Of a stretch of 64,000 bases of DNA, positions 41,762 through 52,876 are shown in pieces; the first letter of the stretch is position 1, and each line of letters begins with the position of its first letter. The stretch lies in NCBI GenBank assembly GCA_963665345.2, contig OY762281.2, positions 1,216,163-1,280,162 on the forward strand, read 5' to 3'. The translations under genes were made by a program, and so were the position numbers. The notes beneath the pieces are model-generated. The model was not told where the DNA came from and made no database searches. It saw only the letters and a list, made by a program, of their open reading frames with translations. The DNA comes from Opitutales bacterium (GTDB lineage Bacteria; Verrucomicrobiota; Verrucomicrobiia; Opitutales; CAXXNP01).

Positions 41762-42913
41762 ATGGAGGTCCGAAACAACTTCACGATTCTGGCGCGGGAC
41801 GCGTCGAGTGATGCCAGGTGGGGTCGATTGAAAACGCTACATGGCTCTGTGGACACCCCCGTGTTCATGCCCGTGGGCACCCAGGGCACGGTAAAGTCGG
41901 TGACTCCGGCCATGCTCCAGGAACTGGAGGCAGCCATCATCGTGGGGAACACCTACCATCTCAATCTACGGCCGGGCTCCGAGTTAATTCGCCGGTTTGG
42001 CGGGCTGCACGCGTTCATGGCTTGGCCCGGGCCCATCCTGACCGATTCGGGTGGCTTTCAGGTTTACAGCTTGGCCAGGCTGAGGACGATTACTGACGAG
42101 GGCATTTCCTTCCGTTCACATTTGAATGGCGATACCTTTTATCTGAGCCCCGAAAACGTGATCGACATTCAGCATTCACTCGGTGCGGATATCGCCATGG
42201 TTTTGGATGAATGTTCCCGCTACCCCTGTTCTCGGGATGCCTGCCGGACGGGGGTGACCCGCACCTTGAGGTGGGCGCGCCAATGTCTGGGCGCGGCCAG
42301 CGAGCGTGGTTTTTTGGATTCAGGACATCAGTTGTTCGGTATCGTCCAGGGTTCCGTTTACGAAGACCTACGTATCGCCTGTGCCCAGGAACTCACCTTT
42401 ATGGGCTTTTCCGGATATGCCATGGGAGGAATCAGCGTGGGAGAATCGGAGGAGGACATGTTTGCGCAGGTTTCGTGGACAGTGGCCTGTCTGCCGGAAA
42501 ATCGACCAAGGTATGTCATGGGTGTGGGCACACCCCCACAGTTGTTACGCATGATCGCTCAAGGTGTGGATATGTTTGATTGTGTCTTGCCTACGCGCTT
42601 GGCGCGACACGGTACTGTCTTTACTCCGGAGGGGACTCTGAATTTGCGAAACAGCCGCTTTCGCGAAGATCCGCTTCCGCTCGTGGAGGGTATGGATAAT
42701 TACACGTGCAAAACATTTTCGCGAGCTTACCTGAGACACCTTGTAGTCGCGGACGAGCTCCTTGCTCATACTCTCCTCACAATACACAATCTACATTTCT
42801 ATCTCGATTTGATGAAGCAGGCACGCCATCATATCGCTAAAGGCGGCTTCAAAGACTGGCATCTTGGTTGGATTGCCCGTTACACCTCGCGAACCGGTGA
42901 AGAGGATGGGTAG
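41762..42913 (+). CDS. tgt: queuine tRNA-ribosyltransferase (tRNA-guanine transglycosylase)
   Basis: TPVFMPVGTQGTVK, LTDSGGFQV, GYAMGGISVGE, and a zinc-site region CVLPTRLARHG...C. Confidence 0.95.
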   Translation: MEVRNNFTILARDASSDARWGRLKTLHGSVDTPVFMPVGTQGTVKSVTPAMLQELEAAIIVGNTYHLNLRPGSELIRRFGGLHAFMAWPGPILTDSGGFQVYSLARLRTITDEGISFRSHLNGDTFYLSPENVIDIQHSLGADIAMVLDECSRYPCSRDACRTGVTRTLRWARQCLGAASERGFLDSGHQLFGIVQGSVYEDLRIACAQELTFMGFSGYAMGGISVGESEEDMFAQVSWTVACLPENRPRYVMGVGTPPQLLRMIAQGVDMFDCVLPTRLARHGTVFTPEGTLNLRNSRFREDPLPLVEGMDNYTCKTFSRAYLRHLVVADELLAHTLLTIHNLHFYLDLMKQARHHIAKGGFKDWHLGWIARYTSRTGEEDG

Positions 42914-43096
42914 GAGGTTGCAGTTTCAGCTCGCGGAAAAGGATCATTGTTCCTGAATATCTTATTAAATTTAAAAAAAAACTTGTCATTCCAATTCTAG
43001 CCTTCTTTGTTAGCGAATATCCGGGGGTTGCGCCAATTTGCCTTAATTCGAAGGAACGCACCCAATTTTCCACTAGAACAATAAGATATATTGAAC

Positions 43097-43486
43097 ATGA
43101 GTTTGTTAGACGAAATCAAGAAGGTTGAGAAAGAGGAAGCTAAACTAGCCAAGAGAAAAAGGGCCTTGGAAGCTCGATTGAAGGAGGAAGAAGAGAAAAA
43201 TCAGAAGCTCGGCAAAATCGTCGAAGACAGCGGCTATGCTACGCCCAAAGCGCTGGTTAAGGCACTGGTGGATCGGTTTAGTTTGCGCGCACCCCGAGGA
43301 TCCGGTATCTCGACGACAGCCGGTGGCAATGGCCGTCGCAAGAGAACCAAAGTGACGGCAGAGCTTAGAGACGAAATCAAAGCGGAAATCAAGGGCGGTT
43401 CGTCGATGAATCAGGTTTCCAAGGCACGAGGCATCAGCTACGCCGTGATCGCAAAGATTTCCAGGGGCGGCTACGACAAGATCTGA
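43097..43486 (+). CDS. small basic protein: N-terminal coiled coil plus C-terminal HTH-like segment
   Basis: MSLLDEIKKVEKEEAKLAKRKRALEARLKEEEEKNQK..., then RRKRTKVTAELRDEIKAEIKGGSSMNQVSKARGISYAVIAKISRG. An AT-rich upstream region precedes it. I do not recognise a family. Confidence 0.5.
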   Translation: MSLLDEIKKVEKEEAKLAKRKRALEARLKEEEEKNQKLGKIVEDSGYATPKALVKALVDRFSLRAPRGSGISTTAGGNGRRKRTKVTAELRDEIKAEIKGGSSMNQVSKARGISYAVIAKISRGGYDKI

Positions 43487-43718
43487 GAAATTGATCGGGA
43501 ACTTCCGGATTTCGGCAGGGAAAGACCGGCTTGAGATTAACTTGCCGCAATCCTGATCGCGGATTCATGTCTGCCTGACGTTGTCTTGGGCAAGAAAGCG
43601 TTCGTAGGCGAAACCAGTTACCGGGCCGAGAGCCTATCGGCCCTGGTGTTAGTTTCTGCAGAAGCCGCTACGTTTAATTAATGCGCAGATACATACCAGC
43701 ATCTGAGCAGAATTCACG

Positions 43719-44654
43719 ATGCGCATATTAGTAACAGGTGGAGCCGGGTTCCTGGGGAGTCATTTGATCGACCACCTCTTGTCGGCGGGGCATGAAGTTC
43801 TTGGTCTTGATAACATGTTTACCGGATCCAAGGAGAATATCAGGCACTTGTACGGTAATTCGAACTTTGAGTTAATTAGACACGATATTGTCGATCCCAT
43901 AAAAGTTGAGGTCGATCAGATTTACAACCTTGCCTGTCCTGCTTCACCGATCCATTACCAATTGAATCCCATAAAGACAGTGAAAACCTCAGTTATGGGA
44001 GCAATCAACTGTTTGGGATTAGCCAATCGAGTAAAAGCTCGGATATTTCAGGCGTCGACGTCAGAAGTATATGGTGATCCTACGGAACACCCACAATCGG
44101 AAGAGTATCGAGGCAACGTCAACCCGATCGGATTGCGCGCCTGCTACGATGAAGGAAAACGGTGTGCGGAAACCCTTTTCTTTGACTATTACCGGGAGAA
44201 CAAAGTCGACATACGGGTGGTGCGCATCTTCAATACCTACGGTCCGCGCATGTTGCCGGGAGATGGTCGTGTGGTATCGAACTTTGTTGTGCAGGCGATC
44301 AAAGGGGAGGACATCACGGTATATGGAGACGGGATGCAAACACGGGCATTCTGTTATGTCGATGATCTAATTGACGGATTTATCAAAATGATGAACCAGA
44401 CTGAGACGGTTGGCCCGATCAACCTGGGAAATCCCGGAGAATTCACCATGTTGGAACTTGCGGAGCGGGTCATTCGTCTTACCGGCAGTCAATCCAAAGT
44501 CATTTTCCGTCCGCTGCCGCAGGACGATCCCAAACAGCGGCAGCCCGATATCACTAAAGCCAGACAGTACTTGGGTTGGAATCCGAAGACTGACCTCGAG
44601 GACGGTCTCAAGGAGACGATTGCGCATTTCAGAAAACGGTTGTCGGGGAATTGA
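43719..44654 (+). CDS. UDP-glucuronate decarboxylase (UDP-xylose synthase-type SDR)
   Basis: [16 protein letters not shown], extended SDR motif YDEGKR (YxxxK), and C-terminal [12 protein letters not shown], typical of the UXS/ArnA decarboxylase clade. Confidence 0.85.
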   Translation: MRILVTGGAGFLGSHLIDHLLSAGHEVLGLDNMFTGSKENIRHLYGNSNFELIRHDIVDPIKVEVDQIYNLACPASPIHYQLNPIKTVKTSVMGAINCLGLANRVKARIFQASTSEVYGDPTEHPQSEEYRGNVNPIGLRACYDEGKRCAETLFFDYYRENKVDIRVVRIFNTYGPRMLPGDGRVVSNFVVQAIKGEDITVYGDGMQTRAFCYVDDLIDGFIKMMNQTETVGPINLGNPGEFTMLELAERVIRLTGSQSKVIFRPLPQDDPKQRQPDITKARQYLGWNPKTDLEDGLKETIAHFRKRLSGN

Positions 44655-44726
44655 TTCTAGTGTCCTGTCTTGCAGGTCTGATTGCGAGTCTTGCGGGGTA
44701 GAGGTTCTGAATCTAAACTCAGATAG

Positions 44727-47669
44727 ATGATTTTCAGCATTTTCAGGAAACTGTCCGGTCGCCACTACCGAAAGTTTATCAAGGCAGCGGAACCGGTAGT
44801 TGCGCGCATCAACGAACTGGAAGTGGATTACCAGAAACTGACGGACGAGCAGTTGCGCGGAAAAACGGAGGAGTTCAGGGGCCGCCACCGGGCCGGTGAG
44901 AGCCCGGATGCTTTGTTGCCGGAAGCGTTTGCCGCAGTCAAGAACGCAGCTCGCCGTCTCTGCCCTAGCCCTATCACGGTAACGGGCCACGAGATGGTGT
45001 GGGACATGATTCATTTCGATGTCCAGTTGGTTGGAGGCATGGCTTTGCACCAGCACATGATTGCTGAAATGGCCACCGGAGAAGGTAAGACATTGGTGGC
45101 TACGCTTCCTCTCTACCTGAACGCATTGACGGGCAGAAATTGCCAACTGGTGACGACCAACGACTTTCTGGCGCGGAGGGATTCGGAATGGATGGGGTAC
45201 ATCTACACCTTCCTCGGTCTCACTGTGGGGTGTATTCAGAACCAGATGTCCTCGGCCGAGCGCAGGGAGATGTATTGCCGGGATGTTACCTATGGCACGG
45301 CGAGTGAATTCGGCTTTGACTACCTGCGGGACAATGGCATGGCCACCCGAAAAGAAGATCAGGTGCAGCGTGACTATTACTTCTGCATCGTCGATGAAGT
45401 TGATTCGATCCTCGTTGATGAAGCGCGAACGCCGCTCATCATTTCCGGTCCTGTGCAGACGGACCGGGAGATGCCGTTTCCCAGGCTGAAACCCGGTGTG
45501 GAGAGCTTGGTCAGGAGCCAGAACAGGCTTTGCACCCGGCTGGCTACGGAAGCCCGCAAGGAGTTGGAAAATGGCGTTACGGATTCCTGGGACCCCTACG
45601 AGAAGCTGCTCCAGGCAAAACTGGGAATGCCCAAGAACAAGCAGTTTCTGCGTTTGATGGAGACTGCTGAATACCGGAAGTCGTTCGAAAAGTTCGATCT
45701 GGAGATGACCAGCGATTTCAACAAGGAACAGCGATACCGGCTTAAGGAGGAACTCTTTTACACGATCGACGAGAAGCAGCATCAGGCCGATCTAACTGAA
45801 CAAGGGAGAAAGCTTTTGCGACCGGACAGCGACGACGCCTTCGTCTTACCGGATCTCCCCGGCATCTTTATGGAGATCGATAAAGATGGCCGCTTGTCGG
45901 TTAAGGAAAAGGAAAGAGAAAAGGCAAAGGCCCAGGAGCAATTCGAGTCCATCAGCGAAGAGATTCACTGCATCAGCCAACTGCTGCGGGCGTATGCTCT
46001 TTACGAAAAGGATGTCGAATACGTGGTGCAGAACGAGAAAGTCATGATCGTGGACGAGAACACAGGCCGGATCATGCCCGGGCGTCGTTGGAGCGACGGC
46101 CTGCACCAGTCCGTCGAAGCCAAGGAGGGCGTCGTGATCGAAAAGGAGTCGAAGACCTATGCCAAAATCACGATTCAGAACTATTTTCGTCTCTACGAAA
46201 AGTTAGCCGGCATGACCGGAACAGCGGAGACCGAAGCCAACGAGTTCAACGACATCTATCGGTTGTCGGTCATGGTTATTCCGACTAACCGGCCCGTGCA
46301 GCGCGAAGATGACAATGATCTCATTTTCAAGACCCGGCGGGAGAAGTACAATGCTGTTATTGAGGATATACAGCGGGCTCACAGCGAAGGTCAGCCCATG
46401 TTGGTAGGAACAACCTCGGTAGACTCATCCGAGGTGTTGAGCCGGATGCTGAAGCGGGTGAATATTCCCCACAATGTGCTCAATGCCAAGTTCCATGAGC
46501 AGGAAGCAGACATCATCGCTCGTGCCGGCAAGCGGGGAATGGTAACGATTGCTACCAACATGGCCGGCCGCGGTACCGACATTAAGTTGGGAGAGCGCAT
46601 CCCTGAAATCGGCGGTCTTTATGTCATCGGGACGGAGCGCCACCAGTCGCGGCGCATCGACCGGCAGCTCCGAGGACGATGTGCTCGCCAGGGCGATCCT
46701 GGCCGCTCCCGCTTTTACCTGTCTTTGGAGGATGACTTGATGCGTCTCTACGGACAGTCGGGAATGGCCTCGAAGATATTGGAGAAGTCATTTATTGAGG
46801 GAGAAGCCCTCGAACACAAGTGGTTGAACCCGGCTATCGAAAGGGCGCAGAAAACCGTCGAGCAGCATCATTACTCAATCCGCAAGCGGCTGCTGCAGTA
46901 TGATGACGTGCTCAATCGACAGCGAGAGGTGATCTACGAAATCCGAAACGGAGCTATCCATAGTGATGAGCCCCGTAAGATCATCTTCGAGCTCGTACTC
47001 GACGAGATCGAGTTTCGGATCGAGGAAGCTGGAGTCTACGAAACCAAGAAGCCCGAAGACTCGGTATTGGACAACTTCCTCGGCTGGGCGAACAGCCACT
47101 TTCCCATCGCGCTTCGCCTTGAGGATCTGTCGAGAAAGTCCGCCGAGTTGCTCAAGCAGCAGGTGTTGGAGCGAATTCAAGCGGCCTATGCGACCAAGGA
47201 GGCGGTGGAGAACCCGGACGCCCTGCGTGCCTTGGAGCGCTACCTCATTATTCAGACCATCGACCGCCACTGGCAGGATCACCTGACCGAAATGGAGGAT
47301 CTGCACCAGAGCGTCGGATTGCGGGGCTATGGTCAAAAGGATCCTTTAAACGAGTACAAGAATGAAGCGTTCGTCTATTTTGACGATATGATGCAGCGAA
47401 TCCAGGCTGACATTTGCTCGGGCCTCTTTCGTTCGGCATCGAACATTTCAACCTTTGAAAACATGCTCGCTATTCTCTCTCGATCCGCCAGAGCGAGTGG
47501 CCCGGGCACTGATACCGGGGAAAATGGGGCACCGGGAGGGAAGCTGTCGGATCGGATAAAACTTCCCAAAGTTACGCTACGGCGTACCGCGCCTAAAGTA
47601 GGAAGGAACGTTCCCTGTCCTTGTGGCAGTGGTAAGAAATACAAGAAGTGCTGCGGGCGGGCAGCGTGA
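44727..47669 (+). CDS. secA: preprotein translocase ATPase SecA
   Basis: 980 aa with DEAD motor domains ([34 protein letters not shown]) and a C-terminal zinc motif [14 protein letters not shown]. Confidence 0.97.
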   Translation: MIFSIFRKLSGRHYRKFIKAAEPVVARINELEVDYQKLTDEQLRGKTEEFRGRHRAGESPDALLPEAFAAVKNAARRLCPSPITVTGHEMVWDMIHFDVQLVGGMALHQHMIAEMATGEGKTLVATLPLYLNALTGRNCQLVTTNDFLARRDSEWMGYIYTFLGLTVGCIQNQMSSAERREMYCRDVTYGTASEFGFDYLRDNGMATRKEDQVQRDYYFCIVDEVDSILVDEARTPLIISGPVQTDREMPFPRLKPGVESLVRSQNRLCTRLATEARKELENGVTDSWDPYEKLLQAKLGMPKNKQFLRLMETAEYRKSFEKFDLEMTSDFNKEQRYRLKEELFYTIDEKQHQADLTEQGRKLLRPDSDDAFVLPDLPGIFMEIDKDGRLSVKEKEREKAKAQEQFESISEEIHCISQLLRAYALYEKDVEYVVQNEKVMIVDENTGRIMPGRRWSDGLHQSVEAKEGVVIEKESKTYAKITIQNYFRLYEKLAGMTGTAETEANEFNDIYRLSVMVIPTNRPVQREDDNDLIFKTRREKYNAVIEDIQRAHSEGQPMLVGTTSVDSSEVLSRMLKRVNIPHNVLNAKFHEQEADIIARAGKRGMVTIATNMAGRGTDIKLGERIPEIGGLYVIGTERHQSRRIDRQLRGRCARQGDPGRSRFYLSLEDDLMRLYGQSGMASKILEKSFIEGEALEHKWLNPAIERAQKTVEQHHYSIRKRLLQYDDVLNRQREVIYEIRNGAIHSDEPRKIIFELVLDEIEFRIEEAGVYETKKPEDSVLDNFLGWANSHFPIALRLEDLSRKSAELLKQQVLERIQAAYATKEAVENPDALRALERYLIIQTIDRHWQDHLTEMEDLHQSVGLRGYGQKDPLNEYKNEAFVYFDDMMQRIQADICSGLFRSASNISTFENMLAILSRSARASGPGTDTGENGAPGGKLSDRIKLPKVTLRRTAPKVGRNVPCPCGSGKKYKKCCGRAA

Positions 47670-47819
47670 TCGGGGGCAGAAGGCCTAACGCGGTTAGTTG
47701 CTGCCCCGAAGATTAACGTGAGGCATTTTTGGCCAACCCGATCCGACCTTCCCGAGGTTGAGATCAGCGGAAGGAATTCGGACTCGGTGGGTCATGGTGG
47801 AGCCGTGATCAGCCGGGGC

Positions 47820-49373
47820 ATGTCAGGATTCGCGGCGGTGGCCGGCGGAGCCGCCACGGCCTTGCTTTACGTGGTGGCGTTTCCACCCTTCAACCTGGCC
47901 GAGGCGGCCTATATATTCGCGGTGCCTCTGTTGGGATACAGCCTGGTCCGCCCTTCCATGGTGGCCTATGGCGCGGCTGTGTTCGGATCCTCCTGGCTTT
48001 CCTGGATTGTGCTTATCTGGTGGCTCCGGCATGTCACCTTTTTCGGTATGCTCTTGCTCACGCTGATCCTTGGGTTATTCACTACCGTCTGGTATTTAGC
48101 GGCTGGCAAAGTGCTCCCCGCTATGTTGGAGCGATCCCTTGGCCTCCGCTTGGCCGGGATGGCGGGTCTGGCTGGTTCCTGGGTGCTACTCGAGTTTCTG
48201 CGGGGGGTTTTGTTTACGGGGTTTCCCTGGCTTCCATTGGCGGCCAGTCAATGGAATCGATCGGCCCTGCTGCAGATCATCTCTTATACGGGTCAGTACG
48301 GAGCTTCTTTCGTACTTATTTTTTTCAATCTGGGTTGTGTCATCTACATTCGCCATCTGGTTCAACGGCGGGCCGGTGCGGAATGGTGGGAGCGCATATG
48401 TTGGGAGTTTTACACCTCGCTATTCCTTTTGCTGGGCGTTGTCGCATTCATGCTTTGGCCGGGGTTTTTCCAGCCGGACCGGCAGCAGCTCTTGCGTGTG
48501 GCTATCGTGCAACCCTATGTGAACCAGCCGGAAAAGTGGGATCCAGCCTCGGCTGAAAGGATCATGAATACGCTCGAGCGCCAGACCCTACTGCTGCACT
48601 CCTTGGGTAGCGACTTAATCGTCTGGCCGGAATCGGTGACGCCTTGGCCAATCCGCGGAGATGAGCGAATGCGGACCTGGACAGAGGATCTGGCGGCGCG
48701 TTTGGGGCAACCCATGCTCATGGGCAATATGGCTGTGGAAGGTAAGTTCTGGTACAATATCGTCTGTCTGGTCAGTCCCGTGCTGGGCTTGATCGAGCCC
48801 TATTACGCAAAGCGTAAGTTAGTTCCGTTCGGCGAGTATGTACCGCTTGGGAAGTGGCTGCCATTTGTACGGAAGATCGTTCCTATCGAAGGTGATTTCG
48901 CTCCCGGAAAAGGGGCACCGACGATACCGTTAAAGGTCGGCGACCGCACCTTGCGGGTCGGAGCGCTGATCTGTTACGAAGATGTCTTTCCGCATCTGGC
49001 CCGGGAGAGTGTTCGCTCCGGGGCGGACTTTCTTTTCGTCGCTACCAACGATGCCTGGTACGGGGAGGAGGGTGCGGCCCATCAGCATGCCGCTCATTCC
49101 GTTCTGCGCGCGGTCGAGACCAGGCGCCCCGTGCTTCGTAGCGGCAACGCCGGGTGGAGCGGTTGGATCGACGAATACGGAAACATTCGGCAAGTGCTGG
49201 TTGATGGTAAAGGGAGTATTTACTTCCGCGGAGGCGCAGTGGTAGAGCTTAGCCGCGACAGCAAATGGGCCTTGCGAGCAAGCTTCTATGTTCGTTATGG
49301 CGACTGGTTTCTTCTGATCTGTCTTGCCTTTTTGGCGATTGCGGCTCTTCTTTTCAGGTTTTCTCCGGCATGA
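47820..49373 (+). CDS. lnt: apolipoprotein N-acyltransferase
   Basis: An N-terminal polytopic membrane region is followed by a CN-hydrolase domain (IVWPESV, VPFGEYVP, GALICYEDVFP). The ORF is open from GTG 47718, so the start is uncertain. Confidence 0.85.
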   Translation: MSGFAAVAGGAATALLYVVAFPPFNLAEAAYIFAVPLLGYSLVRPSMVAYGAAVFGSSWLSWIVLIWWLRHVTFFGMLLLTLILGLFTTVWYLAAGKVLPAMLERSLGLRLAGMAGLAGSWVLLEFLRGVLFTGFPWLPLAASQWNRSALLQIISYTGQYGASFVLIFFNLGCVIYIRHLVQRRAGAEWWERICWEFYTSLFLLLGVVAFMLWPGFFQPDRQQLLRVAIVQPYVNQPEKWDPASAERIMNTLERQTLLLHSLGSDLIVWPESVTPWPIRGDERMRTWTEDLAARLGQPMLMGNMAVEGKFWYNIVCLVSPVLGLIEPYYAKRKLVPFGEYVPLGKWLPFVRKIVPIEGDFAPGKGAPTIPLKVGDRTLRVGALICYEDVFPHLARESVRSGADFLFVATNDAWYGEEGAAHQHAAHSVLRAVETRRPVLRSGNAGWSGWIDEYGNIRQVLVDGKGSIYFRGGAVVELSRDSKWALRASFYVRYGDWFLLICLAFLAIAALLFRFSPA

Positions 49374-50422
49374 GCCAGCCTTTCAAAATCGCACTTTACT
49401 CAGGAGACGGAATCGGGCAAGACGTCACTGAATCCGCCGTCGAGGTGCTCGACGAACTTACTAAGGCAACCTCCGATTTTGGCCTCGAATTTACCCGCTT
49501 CGATTGGGGAATTCGCTACTTTGACCAACACGGCGAGGTTGTGCCCGATGACTTCGTTGATACCTTGCGCGGTTTTGATGCCATCTTTTTGGGTGCGGTC
49601 GGTTTTCCTGAGCGATTGCCGGATCACGTGACTTTGGCGCCGCTCATCCGTATACGTCAGGCATTCGATCTCTATGCCTGTGTTCGTCCCGCCAGAACCT
49701 ATAAAGGCATCCCGGCCCGCCTGGCCAGCGGCGAATCCATTGACATGGTTGTACTGAGGGAGAATTCGGAAGGAGAATACGTCAATAATGGAGGTCGATT
49801 TCGCGTTGGCACCAGAGACGAAGTAGCCTTGCAGACAGCCGTCCACACGCGGCTGGGCGTTGAGCGAATCTTACGTTTCGGATTTGAGATGGCTCGCCAA
49901 CGACGCCAGAAGCTGACCATGATTACAAAGTCCAACGCCCAGGGTTATGCCTATGTGCTGTGGGACGAAGCCTTGGAGGCTATGAGTCCGGAGTTCCCGG
50001 AGATCGAAGTAGATAAACAGCATATTGACGCCGCAGCCATGAATTTTGTGCGGCGGCCCGGCATCCTGGATGTCGTAGTGGCTTCCAATCTGTTCGGCGA
50101 TATACTCTCGGATCTATCCGGGGCCGTGACTGGCAGCCTTGGGCTCAATCCTTCAGCCAATCTAAATCCCGAACGTCACTATCCCTCGCTCTTCGAACCG
50201 GTCCACGGATCCGCTCCGGATATCGCCGGGAAGGGAATCGCCAACCCGGTGGCAGCGGTATTGAGCGCCGCTATGATGCTCGACTGGCTGGGGGTAAAGG
50301 AATCCGCAGGCCGCATCGAAGCGGGCGTAGCTTCCGCTCTGGCAGCCGGTCACGCGACTCCCGATGTCGGGGGTTCGCTCTCCACCAGAGAGATGACCCG
50401 TGCCATCATCGATGCCCTTTAG
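49370..50422 (+). CDS. tartrate dehydrogenase/D-malate dehydrogenase-like enzyme (isocitrate/isopropylmalate dehydrogenase family)
   Basis: IALYSGDGIGQDV, FLGAVGFPERLPDHVTLAPLIRIRQAFDLYACVRP, VVLRENSEGEY and NLFGDILSD. The ATG overlaps the lnt stop (ATGA). Confidence 0.75.
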   Translation: MSQPFKIALYSGDGIGQDVTESAVEVLDELTKATSDFGLEFTRFDWGIRYFDQHGEVVPDDFVDTLRGFDAIFLGAVGFPERLPDHVTLAPLIRIRQAFDLYACVRPARTYKGIPARLASGESIDMVVLRENSEGEYVNNGGRFRVGTRDEVALQTAVHTRLGVERILRFGFEMARQRRQKLTMITKSNAQGYAYVLWDEALEAMSPEFPEIEVDKQHIDAAAMNFVRRPGILDVVVASNLFGDILSDLSGAVTGSLGLNPSANLNPERHYPSLFEPVHGSAPDIAGKGIANPVAAVLSAAMMLDWLGVKESAGRIEAGVASALAAGHATPDVGGSLSTREMTRAIIDAL

Positions 50423-50438
50423 AGCGGCTGCTGTGAAG

Positions 50439-51701
50439 ATGGTGGACAACTGCAGTAGACTCCTGGCGGACGACTGGATTCATCTTCCTTGTAACGGAGG
50501 CGTGCGCCTGCGGCCGAACGACTATCGCCTCCACGAAGTAGGGCCTCGGGCGGTAGATCTCGCCGTGATCGAAAGCTTAGAGGGTGACCGCTTTGTGCCT
50601 GTTCAGTGGGAGGGTCGGCTGGAATTGGTTCAAAATGATGATCGGTCGATTACATTCCCTGGACCTGCGCTTGATGGTTGCGATGGTTTTCCCGACCTTG
50701 AGACATCCATAGCCGCTTACCGCATTCAATATCCGATTCCGGCCCGTTCGAGTAAACCGGAGGCGACGTCTTTTACGCGAGTCATGACGGTGGATCTCTG
50801 GCTTCCCGAAGGCGTTGTGGCCCATACCTATGCCGATACCGCGAGCATGGTTGACGAACTTGCTCACCGGGGTCTGGCCCGGGGAACATTAATTTACCTG
50901 TTAGGGTGGAATGCACCCTATGATTCGGGTTACCCGCGCTATCAATACGCCGATGCCCTGGGTGGCGAAAAGGGTTTTAGCCGGTTGGTCGAAGTGTGCC
51001 GGAAGCATGGCGTCGAAATCATGCTTCATTTGAATTTCTGGGGTTACGACCCGGTAACTGAACTGCTGCCCGATTACGAGAAGCTCCGGGTCCTTAACGC
51101 ACACGGAACGGCCGAAGACTGGTCGGGTAGATTGCGCTCTGGGTTTACTAATTCCCTTAGCTATATCAGGGTGGATGATACCCGATGGAGCGATCTGTTT
51201 TTCTCCCAGGTGGATCCCTTCATTGAGCGATGGGAGATAGGCGCGGTTTTTCTCGATCATCTGGGTTGGTCAACGGATCCACAGATCGATTCAGCTGGTT
51301 TAGCGATGGTCGATCGGCTGCATGAACACCATCCCGGTCTGGCGGTTGGCGGGGAAGTGCTCTGCGACCGTTACGTTCCCTTTCTTGATCTTTTCCAAGT
51401 TTGGGGGCCGCCGTGGAGTGGCCAGATGGTGGATTATACGGATAGCTTTTCTCCCATTGTTCGATTGCTTTATGGAGGGTCCGTTCCCCTGATATCGCAC
51501 CTCGGGTTGCCTTGCGCCGTAGCCAGCAGGTATTGTTGGACCCACTATCCCTTTCTCCTGGAAAAGGGTTGTGAAGCCGCTTTCCTGCTCGCCCAGGAGC
51601 ATCGGCGAAAGATAGGAGGGCTCCCACACGTGCGCAGCTCTTTCGGAGATAAGACCCTTGATTCGCTTAGCCTGGCCATTTTGGCTGAAACTGACCGGTA
51701 A
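50439..51701 (+). CDS. hypothetical protein, possibly glycoside-hydrolase-like TIM barrel
   Basis: Long ORF with consistent coding character. The segment LIYLLGWNAPYD...CRKHGVEIMLHLNFWGY...AVFLDHLGW resembles alternating beta/alpha barrel strands. No family is recognised with confidence. Confidence 0.5.
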   Translation: MVDNCSRLLADDWIHLPCNGGVRLRPNDYRLHEVGPRAVDLAVIESLEGDRFVPVQWEGRLELVQNDDRSITFPGPALDGCDGFPDLETSIAAYRIQYPIPARSSKPEATSFTRVMTVDLWLPEGVVAHTYADTASMVDELAHRGLARGTLIYLLGWNAPYDSGYPRYQYADALGGEKGFSRLVEVCRKHGVEIMLHLNFWGYDPVTELLPDYEKLRVLNAHGTAEDWSGRLRSGFTNSLSYIRVDDTRWSDLFFSQVDPFIERWEIGAVFLDHLGWSTDPQIDSAGLAMVDRLHEHHPGLAVGGEVLCDRYVPFLDLFQVWGPPWSGQMVDYTDSFSPIVRLLYGGSVPLISHLGLPCAVASRYCWTHYPFLLEKGCEAAFLLAQEHRRKIGGLPHVRSSFGDKTLDSLSLAILAETDR

Positions 51702-51879
51702 AGGTGCGTTCTCGACAGTCGCGGTCGTACTTGCAACTTGCTTTGGTATCCGTAGAGTAAAGGAACGGCAGGTGCTTTGGCCACGGGTTGAGCGTCGATA
51801 AAGCAGCAACTCAGGCGTAGTATGGAATATCGGGGCACTTGAAGCCGACTGAGGCCGAATTTGAACTCACCCACAATTG

Positions 51880-52794
51880 ATGAACAACGGAAAAAATAAC
51901 CCATCGTCGAATCTAGAAACCGCCACCTGGCGGGTGAAAGTTGGGCACGCCCAGATGCTTAAAGGCGGCGTTATCATGGACGTCGTAACTGCCGATCAGG
52001 CACGCATTGCCGAAGATGCGGGGGCTTGCGCGGTTATGGCACTTGAACGCGTGCCCGCCGACATACGAGCCCAAGGCGGAGTCGCCCGCATGAGCGATCC
52101 CGGCCTCATCGAGGATATAATCACCAGCGTGTCTATACCTGTCATGGCCAAGGCGCGCATCGGCCATTTCGTGGAAGCACAGATTCTGGAGGCGCTGGGC
52201 GTCGACTACATCGACGAGAGTGAGGTACTAACTCCTGCCGACGAGGCGAATCACATCTACAAGCATAGCTTTCGCGTCCCCTTCGTCTGTGGTTGCAGAA
52301 ACCTGGGCGAGGCCCTCCGGAGGCTCGGCGAAGGCGCGGCAATGATGCGCACGAAAGGGGAAGCCGGTACCGGAGACGTGGTGGAGGCGGTGCGCCATGC
52401 GCGCTCTGTGTTGGGTCAGATTCGCCAGCTGCAGAGCCTCCCTCCCGATGAGGTCATGAAATTCGCCAAAGACATCGCCGCGCCCTTTGAACTGGTTATG
52501 GAAACGCGCGAGCTGGGGCGGCTTCCGGTGGTGAACTTTGCCGCCGGAGGGTTAGCGACCCCGGCCGACGCTGCGCTTATGATGCAGTTGGGAGTCGACG
52601 GTGTTTTTGTAGGTTCGGGAATTTTCAAGAGTGCTGATCCGGCGAAACGGGCCGAGGCCATCGTTGCTGCCGTGACCCACTTTAGAGACCCTGAGATTCT
52701 GGCGCGGGTAAGCAAGGGCCTGGGCGAACCGATGGTTGGGATTCAGGTGTCTTCTCTACCGCAAGAGGAACAGTTGGCGGTCCGCGGGTGGTAA
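51880..52794 (+). CDS. pdxS: pyridoxal 5'-phosphate synthase lyase subunit
   Basis: [38 protein letters not shown]...[14 protein letters not shown] is highly conserved PdxS sequence. Confidence 0.95.
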   Translation: MNNGKNNPSSNLETATWRVKVGHAQMLKGGVIMDVVTADQARIAEDAGACAVMALERVPADIRAQGGVARMSDPGLIEDIITSVSIPVMAKARIGHFVEAQILEALGVDYIDESEVLTPADEANHIYKHSFRVPFVCGCRNLGEALRRLGEGAAMMRTKGEAGTGDVVEAVRHARSVLGQIRQLQSLPPDEVMKFAKDIAAPFELVMETRELGRLPVVNFAAGGLATPADAALMMQLGVDGVFVGSGIFKSADPAKRAEAIVAAVTHFRDPEILARVSKGLGEPMVGIQVSSLPQEEQLAVRGW

Positions 52795-52876
52795 ATTGGG
52801 TCCGCTTTCGGCGGAGGAGGGCGAGGAGACCTTGCAGAAAATGCCCGTTAGTACCCATTGATTTGGTTTCCTCTCC

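Noticed and set aside
44367-45782. 471-aa ORF on the minus strand
   Set aside because: It lies antisense to the end of the UDP-glucuronate decarboxylase gene and the first kilobase of secA, both with unmistakable motifs. Its translation is low-complexity (R/L/P/H-rich) with no recognisable domain. This is a typical GC-rich shadow ORF.
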